DNA of 64,000 nt from NCBI GenBank assembly GCA_963665235.2, contig CAXXLX010000001.1, positions 416,001 to 480,000 on the forward strand, given 5' to 3'. Source of the stretch: Candidatus Poribacteria bacterium (GTDB taxonomy: Bacteria; Poribacteria; WGA-4E; WGA-3G). The notes under the pieces are model-generated. The model saw only the letters and a list, made by a program, of their open reading frames with translations, was not told where the DNA came from and did not search any database. Shown here piece by piece: positions 48,198-58,587 of the stretch; position 1 is the first letter of the stretch; the number at the start of each line of letters is the position of its first letter. The translations under genes and the position numbers were made by a program.

Positions 48198-49334
48198 ATG
48201 GATTTAAACAGCAAAAATATTCCGCCCTATCTTCGCGAACGGCAAGCAGAGATAGGTTTCTTCGAGCTGAATACCGAACTGACTGCTGAGGAAATCGGAG
48301 ATGGAAACTTAAACTTTGTCTATAGGGTGTTCAATACGGCACACCGGGAACATTCGCTCGTCTTGAAACAGGCACCCCCCTACATTAAGATTTTGGGGCC
48401 TGACTATCCGCTTCCACCGGACCGCTTGACGTACGAAGCACGCGCGCTCACAGTTTACAACCGACTTGCAAGCGGAGCAGCCCCAGTGTTATACTATTTT
48501 GACGAGGACAACGCGGTAATCGTCATGGAGGATTTCCGCAACTACTGCCTACTGCGCGATGAACTCATCGCAGGGCAAGTGAATTATACCGTTCCCGAGC
48601 AAATCGGAGGGTTTATGGGCACTGTCCATAGCCAAACCCATGTCCAAAACCTAAATAGAGAGACCGAAGATAAGTATAGGGAAGACTTCGCTAATACCGT
48701 GATGCAGGCGATTACAGCGGATTACGTCTTCACTTTTCCATTTACCGAACATGAAACGAATTTTTATACGGAGGGGTTGGAAACCGAGGTTCATCGATTG
48801 AAAACGGACGCGGTTTTCTTGCAGCAGGCGCACAATCTGAAAACAAGATTTCTCACAGCACAGCACGGTTTAGTGCACGGAGACCTCCACACGGGGAGTA
48901 TCCTAGTAAGGGACAATTCAGCGAAGGTTATCGACGCTGAATTCGCCTTTTATGGACCGGTAGCGTTCGACGTAGGTTTATATTGGGCGAATTATCTCCT
49001 ATCCTATTTTTCGCATACGGGCAATGCCGACGTGCAAGCTGCACTCAAAAAAGCTATCTGTAAGATGTGGGCCAGCTACACTACACAATTTAAGATGACT
49101 GACGCATCGCAAGGCCCTGTTGTGTTACAACATATCTTCCATGAATCGGTCGGTTTCGCAGGCATGGAGATATTGCGGCGGCTCATTGGCGCAGCGCATG
49201 TCAAAGATATTGAACGGATTGTAGACATGAAACGGAAATTGATAGTAGAAACCGCCGCCCTTGAATTCGGAAGCATTATGGTCAAACAACATCAAAACAT
49301 TAGGACACTAACGGCTTTGCTTGACCTATTATAG
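48198..49334 (+). CDS. mtnK: S-methyl-5-thioribose kinase
   Basis: EIGDGNLNFVY, KQAPPY, HGDLHTGSI, IDAEFAFYGP and RRLIG.AHV.D. Confidence 0.9.
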   Translation: MDLNSKNIPPYLRERQAEIGFFELNTELTAEEIGDGNLNFVYRVFNTAHREHSLVLKQAPPYIKILGPDYPLPPDRLTYEARALTVYNRLASGAAPVLYYFDEDNAVIVMEDFRNYCLLRDELIAGQVNYTVPEQIGGFMGTVHSQTHVQNLNRETEDKYREDFANTVMQAITADYVFTFPFTEHETNFYTEGLETEVHRLKTDAVFLQQAHNLKTRFLTAQHGLVHGDLHTGSILVRDNSAKVIDAEFAFYGPVAFDVGLYWANYLLSYFSHTGNADVQAALKKAICKMWASYTTQFKMTDASQGPVVLQHIFHESVGFAGMEILRRLIGAAHVKDIERIVDMKRKLIVETAALEFGSIMVKQHQNIRTLTALLDLL

Positions 49335-49389
49335 CACAGCAGCCGGGGTTATCCATTAAACCGATGCTGCGAAAGCATTGGACAAAACT

Positions 49390-50262
49390 ATGAAAGACTA
49401 CTATGACATACTTGGTGTTAATCGAAACGCCACACCTGAAGAAATCAAAAAAGCCTATCGGAAATTGGCGGTGAGGTATCATCCCGACAAAAACCCGGGG
49501 GACGAAGCGGCTGAGGAGAAATTTAAAGAGGCATCCAACGCCTATTCGGTACTATCCGACCCGCAAAAGCGGCGCGTCTATGATACACAAGGACACGCAG
49601 GCGTTGGCGGTATGGGGTTTGAAGGCTACCGAACTATGGACGACATCTTCGCAAGCCTGAACCTTGACGATATTCTTGGACGCGCCGGATTTGGCGGGCT
49701 CGGCGGATTCGATGCCGCCTTTAGTGATGTGTTCGGACCGCAACGGCGCGCTGCCCAACACACACGCGGACGAGACCGCCGCCTGAACCTCAATATCACT
49801 TTTGAAGAGGCAATCCTCGGATGCCAAAAAGAGGTCAATGTCCAAGGAAAAAACATCACCCTTAAAATCCCGCCCGGCACTCAGGATGGACAAACCCTCC
49901 GAGTCCGCGGCTACGGTGAATCTGCCCGAGCAGGAGAAGCCGGAAACCTACTCGTGCAACTCTCTGTCCAACCGCACCCAACGCTAACGCGGGATGGACG
50001 CGATTTGGTGACAGATGTGAAGGTGTCAATGGTAACCGCAGCGTTAGGTGGCACAGTTCGAGTGAAAACTTTAACTGAGAACGTGGAGCTCAAAATCCCA
50101 TCAGGTGCACAACCCGGACAGCAGTTTCGCCTCCGTGGACAAGGCGTACCAGATGCCACCGGGCGAAAAGGTGATTTGCGGGTACGCCTCGTCGTAGAAA
50201 TTCCGAAGTCTCTCTCAAGAAAACAGAAGAACTTACTAAAACAATTTGAGAACACATCATGA
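49390..50262 (+). CDS. DnaJ-class chaperone without zinc finger (CbpA-like)
   Basis: [11 protein letters not shown] motif, G/F region and DnaJ C-terminal domain; no CxxCxGxG repeats. Confidence 0.92.
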   Translation: MKDYYDILGVNRNATPEEIKKAYRKLAVRYHPDKNPGDEAAEEKFKEASNAYSVLSDPQKRRVYDTQGHAGVGGMGFEGYRTMDDIFASLNLDDILGRAGFGGLGGFDAAFSDVFGPQRRAAQHTRGRDRRLNLNITFEEAILGCQKEVNVQGKNITLKIPPGTQDGQTLRVRGYGESARAGEAGNLLVQLSVQPHPTLTRDGRDLVTDVKVSMVTAALGGTVRVKTLTENVELKIPSGAQPGQQFRLRGQGVPDATGRKGDLRVRLVVEIPKSLSRKQKNLLKQFENTS

Positions 50263-51161
50263 GACAAATACTCGCAGCGTCTGAAGCAACATCACAGCCA
50301 AGTGGCCCGTATGACATCGTTTCAAAGAATATTATTCGGCAAAATCCCGATGAATTTCTCCAATTTTGGCTTGGTACACCGGACGTTAAAGCGATTAGCG
50401 TACTAGAAACGGAACAACCCGTAGTCAAATGGTATCGTTCAGATAGTTTCATCCACGCAAATGTTCGTGGACAGGAAGCCATCGTGCATTTTGAGTTTCA
50501 GACACACGATAGCACGCAAGTACCGATGCCATTCCGAATGGCAGGATATGCTGGTTTAGGGCTCCGTATGTATAAATTACCTATCTATCAGCATGCCATT
50601 TACTTTCATCCTGCCGCGGGCGAGAATGACCCCGGGGAATACGTCCAAACTATGCCGGGGTATGAGATTCGTATCAAATACAAGGTAATCAGAATGTGCA
50701 CAATAGAGGGGCAGGCTGTTTTAGATGCAAAACTGAAAGGCCTCATCCCTTTTACACCGCTGATGAAACCGCCAGAGGACATGGATTCAACGGAGTGGTT
50801 ACAGCAGTGTGTTGCAGTTGCAGAAACTATCCCGATGGACGAGGCAGACAGGCCAGATTATCTTGCCTCCATGGCGATTCTGTCTGATGTGGTATTTGAT
50901 AATTTTCACAACATTCGTGGAATTATATCGGAGGGTATTATGCAAGCATCATCTTTTGGTGATTATTTTCAGAAAAAAACTACCATTGAAAATCTGCTTG
51001 ACGTGCTAGATGTTCGCTTTCCATCTACCGACGTGCAGGCGTTGAAACCACTGCTCGAAAACATCGCAGAATATCAAACACTCAAGCAGTTGCTTCGTGA
51101 GACAGCGCGGGTGCCAAGTTTTGAGGAGTTCAAACGGATATTGGCAGCAAACGGAAGTTAA
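50259..51161 (+). CDS. Rpn-like (recombination-promoting nuclease family) protein with a probable intragenic start at 50940
   Basis: [20 protein letters not shown] and Y.VIRM; internal GGAGG-N5-ATG in frame. Confidence 0.8.
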   Translation: MRQILAASEATSQPSGPYDIVSKNIIRQNPDEFLQFWLGTPDVKAISVLETEQPVVKWYRSDSFIHANVRGQEAIVHFEFQTHDSTQVPMPFRMAGYAGLGLRMYKLPIYQHAIYFHPAAGENDPGEYVQTMPGYEIRIKYKVIRMCTIEGQAVLDAKLKGLIPFTPLMKPPEDMDSTEWLQQCVAVAETIPMDEADRPDYLASMAILSDVVFDNFHNIRGIISEGIMQASSFGDYFQKKTTIENLLDVLDVRFPSTDVQALKPLLENIAEYQTLKQLLRETARVPSFEEFKRILAANGS

Positions 51162-51195
51162 ATCCCCTATTCAACCCGACCTATAAGGAGAAAAA

Positions 51196-52383
51196 ATGAT
51201 TTCATTATCACAACGGAGTGAAAACGTAACGCCATCATCCACGTTGGCAATCACCGCAAAAATTAACGCACTCATCGCGGAGGGCGTAGATGTCGTCAAA
51301 TTCGGGGCAGGTGAACCCGATTTCGATACACCTGACTATATCAAAACCGCCGCTATTGAAGCACTCGACGCAGGGTTTACCAAATATACCCCCGTCCCCG
51401 GCATTCCTGAACTCCGGGAAGCAGTCGTGGAAAAATTCAAGCAGGATAATGGGTTGACCTATACAACTTCCCAAGTTATCGTATCCTGCGGAGCGAAACA
51501 CACGCTCTACAATATCATGCAAGCGATATGCGACCCGGGCGATGAGGTAATCTTTGCAGCCCCCTATTGGGTGAGTTATCCACAGCAGGTGAAATTGGCA
51601 GGAGCCGTCCCACGGGTAATTGAAACGACCCCCGAACAGCACTTCTGCATGCAAGCCGAACAGGTTGAAGCTGCAATAACCCCCCAAACGAAGGCAATCC
51701 TCATTAACAGTCCGAGCAATCCTACCGGCACCACGTACGATGTGGACACACTCAAGCAGATTGCCGAACTCGCTGTCAAACATCAGGTATATCTCATCTC
51801 CGATGAAATTTATGAGGCACTGCTTTACGATGGCGCGACACATCAGAGCCCAGCTTCATTCAACGAGGAAACGAAAGCGATTACGTTTGTCGTCAACGGG
51901 GTCTCTAAAGCGTATTCTATGACAGGGTGGCGTATCGGGTACACCGCTGGTCCCGAAGATGTGATTTCAGCGATGTCGCGCATTCAATCGCACAGCACCT
52001 CAGGGGCAACCTCAATTGCACAGAAAGCCGCAGTCGCCGCTCTGAAGCAATCGCAAGATGCTGTTGAAGAGATGCGTCAGGCATTTGAGGCGCGGCGCGA
52101 TGTTATCTGTCAACGTTTTGATGACATTGATGGGGTGAGTTACGTTAAACCGCAGGGTGCATTCTATATCTTCCCCGATTTTTCGGCACACTACGGCAGA
52201 ACATTTGAGGGTAAAAAGATCGAAGGGTCAATGGACATAACCGATTATCTGCTCAGTTCGGCAGGGGTCGGCGTTGTACCGGGCAACGGGTTCGGTGCTG
52301 ATAACCATTTGCGCCTCTCGTTTGCTACTTCGTTGACAGAGATTAATCGCGGTTTGGAGCGGATTAAGAAGGCGTTGGAATAA
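51196..52383 (+). CDS. Class I PLP-dependent (aspartate) aminotransferase
   Basis: GEPDFDTP, NSPSNPTG, SDEIY and SKAYSMTGWRIGY. Confidence 0.94.
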   Translation: MISLSQRSENVTPSSTLAITAKINALIAEGVDVVKFGAGEPDFDTPDYIKTAAIEALDAGFTKYTPVPGIPELREAVVEKFKQDNGLTYTTSQVIVSCGAKHTLYNIMQAICDPGDEVIFAAPYWVSYPQQVKLAGAVPRVIETTPEQHFCMQAEQVEAAITPQTKAILINSPSNPTGTTYDVDTLKQIAELAVKHQVYLISDEIYEALLYDGATHQSPASFNEETKAITFVVNGVSKAYSMTGWRIGYTAGPEDVISAMSRIQSHSTSGATSIAQKAAVAALKQSQDAVEEMRQAFEARRDVICQRFDDIDGVSYVKPQGAFYIFPDFSAHYGRTFEGKKIEGSMDITDYLLSSAGVGVVPGNGFGADNHLRLSFATSLTEINRGLERIKKALE

Positions 52384-52482
52384 TATCAGTGTTTACGGGA
52401 ACTGTCCTTGCTGGCGAGGTGTTTTTGCTTGGGGGTATTTCCTCTAGAAACCTCGCCAGCGGTACACAACGCAATCAATATT

Positions 52483-52511
52483 TTGACAACCCCTCTCTGA
52501 TATGGTACAAT
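52483..52511 (+). promoter_or_regulatory. sigma70-like promoter
   Basis: TTGACA-N17-TACAAT. Confidence 0.6.
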
Positions 52512-52584
52512 AAATTCACTGCTTGCGAAAAAACATACGCTCTTTCGGGTTCATTCTGTTCAATCTCAGTCAAAGGACACAGTA

Positions 52585-53091
52585 ATGTTAAACGTGCGGA
52601 CACCGCTTTCGAGTATTTTCGGAATACTCTTTATCTTTTCAATCTCTTTTTCCGCTTTTGCACAACAGGAGCAACGGTCTAGTGCTCCCCTGTCACAATC
52701 CCAATTTATGCAGCTTCTTGATAGGATAGACAAATCTGAAGAGGAAATGCGTAAGCACGTAGACGAAAAATTTGATAAACTTGATAAGAAATTTGATGCA
52801 AAATTTGGTGAGCTTGATAAGAAATTTGATGAACTAGACGAGAAATTTGATAAACTTAGCACAGATGTTGCCTTTATTAACGGACAATTAACCATTATTA
52901 AGTGGAGTATCACAATATTTGGTGCCCCTCTTCTTGTTGGTTTAATAATCTATTACCTACAAAACCGTAAAAAAAGGGTTAATACAACCGCTAACGTAGA
53001 AACTAAAGTTCCCGCCGAAGGCAAAGAAGGATCGGATGAAGGCATCAGGCAAAGAATTTTAAGAGATAATAAACCATCCACATCCGTATAG
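52585..53091 (+). CDS. Membrane-anchored coiled-coil protein with KFDxLD heptad repeats
   Basis: Signal peptide, tandem D.KFD.L repeats and a C-terminal TM helix. Confidence 0.75.
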   Translation: MLNVRTPLSSIFGILFIFSISFSAFAQQEQRSSAPLSQSQFMQLLDRIDKSEEEMRKHVDEKFDKLDKKFDAKFGELDKKFDELDEKFDKLSTDVAFINGQLTIIKWSITIFGAPLLVGLIIYYLQNRKKRVNTTANVETKVPAEGKEGSDEGIRQRILRDNKPSTSV

Positions 53092-53101
53092 GAATAATCA
53101 A

Positions 53102-53794
53102 ATGAAAAAAAATAATTCCCCTAAGAACGTCGCTAAATCTGTCAAGAACTACTTTGATAAGGCTCAGAAATTATACGAACAAAAAGATTATAGTGCTGCT
53201 ATATCTACGCTTGACGAGGCTATTAATTTAGACCCTAACAATGCAAACGCCTATAGTAACAGAGGCCTCTCGAAAGACCTTTTAAAACAATACTTTGAGG
53301 CACTCTCCGACTTTGACGAGGCTATCCGTTTAGACCCTAACAATGCAAACGCCTATCATAACAGAGGAAACACAAAATACAAATTGGGACACCCTAAAGA
53401 TGCTATCCTTGATTTTGACGAGGCTATTCGACTTGACCCAGAATTAGTAATAGCCTATAGCAACCGTTCCGTTGTGAAAAGCGAGATAGGGCAACATTTC
53501 GAATCCATAGCCGATTTGGACATGATCATCCGTTTAGAGCCTGAAAATGACACAGCATACAATGATAGAGGATTCGAGAAAGCATTTCTTGGACACTATG
53601 AAGCTGCTATATTTGACTACGACGCGGCTATTCGCATAAATTCCAAAAATGCAGAGGCGTACTTCAACCGTGGACTTTCCAAAAAGAGATTAGGGCGCAC
53701 AGCAGAGGCAGAACAAGATTTTCAGAAAGCACTCAGTTTAGCACAAGAAGCAGGAGATGTGGAACTTATAACCACAATTAAGAAGTATACGTGA
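53102..53794 (+). CDS. TPR-repeat protein
   Basis: About six DEAI.LDP..A.AY.NRG units. Confidence 0.9.
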   Translation: MKKNNSPKNVAKSVKNYFDKAQKLYEQKDYSAAISTLDEAINLDPNNANAYSNRGLSKDLLKQYFEALSDFDEAIRLDPNNANAYHNRGNTKYKLGHPKDAILDFDEAIRLDPELVIAYSNRSVVKSEIGQHFESIADLDMIIRLEPENDTAYNDRGFEKAFLGHYEAAIFDYDAAIRINSKNAEAYFNRGLSKKRLGRTAEAEQDFQKALSLAQEAGDVELITTIKKYT

Positions 53795-53801
53795 TAGCAC
53801 T

Positions 53802-54412
53802 GTGATAGACCCCTAGCTAAAGCTTAGGGGACTTCCGTAAAGTTTTACGAAAGCGTTTGTGCCGTCAAGATATGATGCTTTACTTTCTAACAGATAGAAA
53901 AGAAAAGGCTTCTACCTACTCTGACAAAGGTTTCTACCCAAACCTTTTTGAAACTTAATCTATTGTACGTTGTAGTTCTCCATTACGAGTCTTCTACAAA
54001 ACTTCCACATAAGCGTTTTAGGGTTAGGTCAAGTTTCACCGTTGAAGCCACCAGTCTATATATATAATACCATTTCTAATTGAAAATATCTCTTTATTGT
54101 AGCATAAACTTCCAGTTTGTGTTCTTTATCGTAGCATAAACTTCCAGTTTGTGTTCTTTATCGTAGCATAAACTTCCAGTTTGTGTTCTTTATCGTAGCA
54201 TAAACTTCCAGTTTGTGTTCTTTATCGTAGCATAAACTTCCAGTTTGTGTCTTCCGTTCTCCGTTTCATTTCCAACAACCGGTAATGATAGAATAATTAA
54301 TAAAAATGGTATAATACTACATTTTAATGCAAAAGTCAAATTAAAATTTTAGCTCATGCGCCGCTACTACATCCCCCAGCTAAAGCACGGGGGTTTTGTA
54401 GCGGAAGACTTG
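53802..54412 (-). mobile_element. Non-autonomous IS605-type element with both ends and no tnpA/tnpB ORF
   Basis: Minus strand: TTTAT|CAAG..CCCCCGTGCTTTAGCTGGGGG left-end hairpin and GAAGTCCCCTAAGCTTTAGCTAGGGGTCTATCAC right end; no target duplication. Confidence 0.75.
54091..54250 (+). repeat. Five tandem 32-bp GTAG-type units
   Basis: GTAGCATAAACTTCCAGTTTGTG starts at 54099, 54131, 54163, 54195 and 54227; single related copy near 61913. Confidence 0.92.
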
Positions 54413-54432
54413 ATAAAAAAGGAGACAGTCTG

Positions 54433-56142
54433 ATGACACAACCTAACTTAGTCTTCGTCATCACGGATGACCAGGGCTATGGCGATTTAGGATGCACCGG
54501 AAATTCCGTTATCAACACGCCAAACCTTGACGCACTCGCGGGGGAGAGCGTCCAACTACAGAACCTCCACGTCGGTCCCACCTGTTCCCCGACGCGCGCA
54601 GGTATCATGACCGGCCGATACTGCAACTCGACAGGAGTCTGGCATACCATCGGCGGCCGTTCCCTGCTCCGCAGCGATGAGGTCACGATGGCAGATATTT
54701 TCCGACGCAACGGCTATAAAACCGGCATGTTTGGCAAATGGCATCTCGGCGATAACTATCCGTTCCGTCCGCACGACCGTGGGTTTGAAGAAGCTCTCTA
54801 TCACGGCGGCGGCGGTATCAGTCAAACCCCCGATTACTGGGGCAATGACTATTTTGATGATACCTACTTCAACAATGGGTCTGAACAACCTTTTGATGGG
54901 TATTGCACCGATGTTTGGTTTCAGGAGGCGATGGCATTTATTGAGCGAAACCGAAATCGTCCATTTTTCTGCTATCTGCCTACCAATGCCCCCCACGGCC
55001 CGTTCCGTGTTCCGGATGCCTATAGTGAGGTATACCGAAGGAAAGGCGAGCCGGAAGCGCGTGCCTGTTTCTACGGCATGATTACCAACATTGACGACAA
55101 CATGGCGCGGCTCCGGCATCACCTCAAAGTGCTCGGTATTGAAGAAAACACTATCCTCATCTTTATGACAGATAACGGTTCTGCTGCCGGATGCGACCTA
55201 GATGAACAGCAGTTCGTCAAAGCGGGTTATAATGCTGGCATGCGTGGTAAAAAAGGTTCACCCTATGAAGGTGGGCATCGTGTACCGCTTTTTATGCATT
55301 GGCCCGGTGGCGGTTTTTCACAAAAGAGAGAGATTGACGAACTCACTGCTAACATAGATTTACTGCCAACCTTAATTGACCTCTGTGATTTGGAAATCTC
55401 CGAAACGTCTCGTTTCCACGGCACCAGCATCGCCCCACTATTGCAAGATAAATTAGTGGAATGGGAAGACCGGGTGATTGTGACCGATTCACAACGCGTT
55501 GAAAATCCGATTAAGTGGAAACATAGTGCCACAATGTCACAAAGATGGAGACTTATCAACGGCACCGAGCTCTACGACATTCAAGCGGACCCCGGACAAC
55601 GTGAGGACATCGCTGATGCACATCCCGAAGTCGTTGCGGACCTCCGTGAGCATTATGAAGCATGGTGGACGTTAGTTTCAGAGCGGTTTGATGAGGAGTG
55701 TCCAATTGTGGTCGGCACACAAAACGAACAGGTGGCGTGTCTGACAACGCACGATTGGCACGGTAAAGGGCACGCGTGGAATCAGGGAGCAATACGCCGC
55801 GGTATGGAATGTAACGGTTATTGGGCAGTTGATATCCCGGAGGATGGTGAGTACAGTTTTGAGCTCCGCCGCTGGCCCCGTGAGGAGAACAGAGCCATCA
55901 CCGATGGCATCCCCGGGGACCACATTGACCTCTATAACGGCGGTAAGGCATTAGACCTGAAAACAGCACAAATCCGTATCAACGAGCAGTCTGGCACACA
56001 AGCGATTAAACCTGATGCAGTCGGTGTAACTTTTACGTTCGAACTGAAGGCGGGGCAAACGCGTCTCCATACACAGTTCTCCGATGAAACGGGTGAGCTG
56101 ACACTTGGGGCCTATTATGTCTATGTGAAGCGGGTGATTTAA
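54433..56142 (+). CDS. Arylsulfatase (formylglycine-dependent)
   Basis: PNLVFVITDDQGYGD, CSPTRAGIMTGR, GKWHLG and TDNG. Confidence 0.95.
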   Translation: MTQPNLVFVITDDQGYGDLGCTGNSVINTPNLDALAGESVQLQNLHVGPTCSPTRAGIMTGRYCNSTGVWHTIGGRSLLRSDEVTMADIFRRNGYKTGMFGKWHLGDNYPFRPHDRGFEEALYHGGGGISQTPDYWGNDYFDDTYFNNGSEQPFDGYCTDVWFQEAMAFIERNRNRPFFCYLPTNAPHGPFRVPDAYSEVYRRKGEPEARACFYGMITNIDDNMARLRHHLKVLGIEENTILIFMTDNGSAAGCDLDEQQFVKAGYNAGMRGKKGSPYEGGHRVPLFMHWPGGGFSQKREIDELTANIDLLPTLIDLCDLEISETSRFHGTSIAPLLQDKLVEWEDRVIVTDSQRVENPIKWKHSATMSQRWRLINGTELYDIQADPGQREDIADAHPEVVADLREHYEAWWTLVSERFDEECPIVVGTQNEQVACLTTHDWHGKGHAWNQGAIRRGMECNGYWAVDIPEDGEYSFELRRWPREENRAITDGIPGDHIDLYNGGKALDLKTAQIRINEQSGTQAIKPDAVGVTFTFELKAGQTRLHTQFSDETGELTLGAYYVYVKRVI

Positions 56143-56277
56143 GCACATGAAAAGGGGTGGTGCATTCCAGAAATTTCAACCCCATTTAATTTGCTTTTAT
56201 TGTCAAGTTAGCGTATAATGACAGTAGTAGGCATTCCCCGAATGCCGTAACCTCTGTGACATAAAGGAGAAAATGGT

Positions 56278-57318
56278 ATGTATAAATGTGCAATTTTAGG
56301 ATGTCGTGGACGTGCCCGTGCCCACGCTCGCGCTTACGACGATGTTAAAGGTGGCAAACTCGCCGCTATTTGTGATATGAACGAAGAGCTTCTCACCGGA
56401 TTCGGCGAAGATTTTGGGATTGACGCACGTTACACCGACTTAGACGAAATGCTCTCTAAAGAGAAACCTGACCTGTTACACATTGTAACTGCCCCGGTTT
56501 TACGCGGCACCAACGAGCGAATTCGGTATCCGTTGCTGAATCAGGCATCAGAACACGGGGTACCAGCAGTCATTATTGAGAAACCGATTGCCGTTGAAAG
56601 CGAAGACTGGCGACAAATCTACGAACTCTCCAAACGCACTAAAACCAAAATTGCTATCAATACACAGCTGAACTTCCACCCTCAAAACCTGGAATTGAAA
56701 CGGGATGTGGCAGAAGGCAAAATTGGTGCAATTAAATTTATTGAGGCAAGCGCGCGGAACCCTCCCGTAGACCAAGCACCGCACGTCCTACAGTTAGTCT
56801 CCTCCTATATTGACAACTCTCAACCAGTGAAAGTGCTTGGACAAATTGCAGGAGCAGGAAATTTAGATGGCGCACAACCCTCCCCTGCGAACGCTACAGG
56901 GGTCGTCACATATCAAAACGGCGTTCAAGCCTCAGTCGCGTTCGGTCCGGAGATGGCACCCCGTGTGAATCCCGGAACCGGCAATAATCGGCATAAACGG
57001 GTCTGTGTCTTTGGCGAAACAGGGTTTGTACACTGGCGGTTCGAAAGCTGGGAACGATACACACCTGAGGGCGGGTATGAAGGCGGAAACCTGAGCTATG
57101 GCGCACAAAATGCAATCGCGCAAACCAATTTAACAGAGGCTATGTTTGAATGGCTTGACGATGATAACAAGGTTCACCCGACAAACCTACCGCAATCCCT
57201 CGCAGAATTCAATCTGCTTTTAGGAATTTACTATAGCGGTTTGAGTAATGCCGTCATTGACTTACCATTTGACCCGCCGGATGGATTGATGGACATGTTC
57301 CGTGAACGTCTTCAGTGA
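56278..57318 (+). CDS. Gfo/Idh/MocA-family oxidoreductase
   Basis: AILGC, AICD, Y.D..EML..EKPD and IEKPIA. Confidence 0.88.
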   Translation: MYKCAILGCRGRARAHARAYDDVKGGKLAAICDMNEELLTGFGEDFGIDARYTDLDEMLSKEKPDLLHIVTAPVLRGTNERIRYPLLNQASEHGVPAVIIEKPIAVESEDWRQIYELSKRTKTKIAINTQLNFHPQNLELKRDVAEGKIGAIKFIEASARNPPVDQAPHVLQLVSSYIDNSQPVKVLGQIAGAGNLDGAQPSPANATGVVTYQNGVQASVAFGPEMAPRVNPGTGNNRHKRVCVFGETGFVHWRFESWERYTPEGGYEGGNLSYGAQNAIAQTNLTEAMFEWLDDDNKVHPTNLPQSLAEFNLLLGIYYSGLSNAVIDLPFDPPDGLMDMFRERLQ

Positions 57319-57416
57319 AACCTATAAGCATCACCCTAACGTGTAGGCGGCCCGCGGTTTGTAGGCGCGCCTTGTAAGCACGTCTACAAACCCCGACTTA
57401 GGCAAGGAGAATCCGC

Positions 57417-58574
57417 GTGGAAAATGTTATCTACATGGACAACCATGCAACAACACCAATCGCCCCCGAAGTATTAGATGCCATGATGCCCTACTTAACC
57501 ACACACTTCGGCAATGCAGCCAGCACACACCCGTTCGGCGTTAGTGCGAAAAACGCTGTAGACAAGGCACGTCAACAGGTCGCCATACTGCTTGGATGTA
57601 CAACAGACGAGATCATCTTCACCAGCGGGGCAACCGAATCGGACAATCTCGCCATCAGGGGAATTGCCTACGCCTCTAAACCGAAAGGCAACCATATCAT
57701 CACCAGCACTGCTGAACATCATGCAATCCTTGATACATGCCACGCCCTTGCCACGGAAGGTTTTGAAATCACCTACCTCCCTGTGGACAAATACGGAAGG
57801 GTAAGTCCTGATGACGTTGCAGCTGCAATTACGTCAAAGACCATCCTCATGAGTTTCATGTACGCCAATAACGAGGTCGGCACGATAAACCCAATTGTCG
57901 ATATTGCTGCCATCGCTGGTAAACACGGCGTGCCGTTTCATTCAGATGCGGTGCAAGGTATCGGTAAACTACAGTCAAATATGGAGACATTAGGGCTTGA
58001 TATCGCATCTATCACTGCACATAAAATTTACGGTCCGAAAGGTATCGGCGCACTTTATGTTAAACAGGACAATCCGCTGACACCACTTTTCTATGGGGGC
58101 GGACAAGAACACGGTATCCGCCCGGGTACACTGAATGTAGCAGGAATTGTTGGTTTAGGCGCAGCGTGTGAAACGTGTCAAATCGCAATGGACCTGAAAA
58201 CCGAGGAGAAAGTCGTTGGTCCGCTGCGAGACGCACTGCATCAGAAATTAGCATCGCAGTTAGCGGATGTCCATCTCAATGGGCATCCTGAAGAACGTTT
58301 GCTTGGCAACCTAAACCTCAGTTTTGCCGGTGTCCAAAGCGATGCACTCTTGATGGGGCTCAAAAGCGTCGCCGTTTCCACAGGCTCCGCGTGTGATTCG
58401 GAGTCCGTGAAGGCATCGCATGTCCTTGTTGCCATGGGTGTTCCGAATGATTTGGCACTAACCGCTATCCGTTTCGGTCTAGGCCGTTACAACACAACCA
58501 AAGAGGTTGACATCGTCGCCGATGAAGTCGTAAAGGTCGTGAACCGGTTGCGTGAATTCGCGATAGAAACGTAG
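57417..58574 (+). CDS. Cysteine desulfurase (IscS/NifS family)
   Basis: YMDNHATT, FTSGATESDN, EHHAI, NNEVG, HSDAVQ, AHKIYGPKGIG and STGSAC. Confidence 0.94.
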   Translation: MENVIYMDNHATTPIAPEVLDAMMPYLTTHFGNAASTHPFGVSAKNAVDKARQQVAILLGCTTDEIIFTSGATESDNLAIRGIAYASKPKGNHIITSTAEHHAILDTCHALATEGFEITYLPVDKYGRVSPDDVAAAITSKTILMSFMYANNEVGTINPIVDIAAIAGKHGVPFHSDAVQGIGKLQSNMETLGLDIASITAHKIYGPKGIGALYVKQDNPLTPLFYGGGQEHGIRPGTLNVAGIVGLGAACETCQIAMDLKTEEKVVGPLRDALHQKLASQLADVHLNGHPEERLLGNLNLSFAGVQSDALLMGLKSVAVSTGSACDSESVKASHVLVAMGVPNDLALTAIRFGLGRYNTTKEVDIVADEVVKVVNRLREFAIET

Positions 58575-58587
58575 ATTGGAGATACAC

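Noticed and set aside
53210-53460. DNA repeats GACGAGGCTAT...GACCC
   Set aside because: Explained by TPR protein repeats
54091-54250. Possible CRISPR array
   Set aside because: The units are contiguous with no unique spacers
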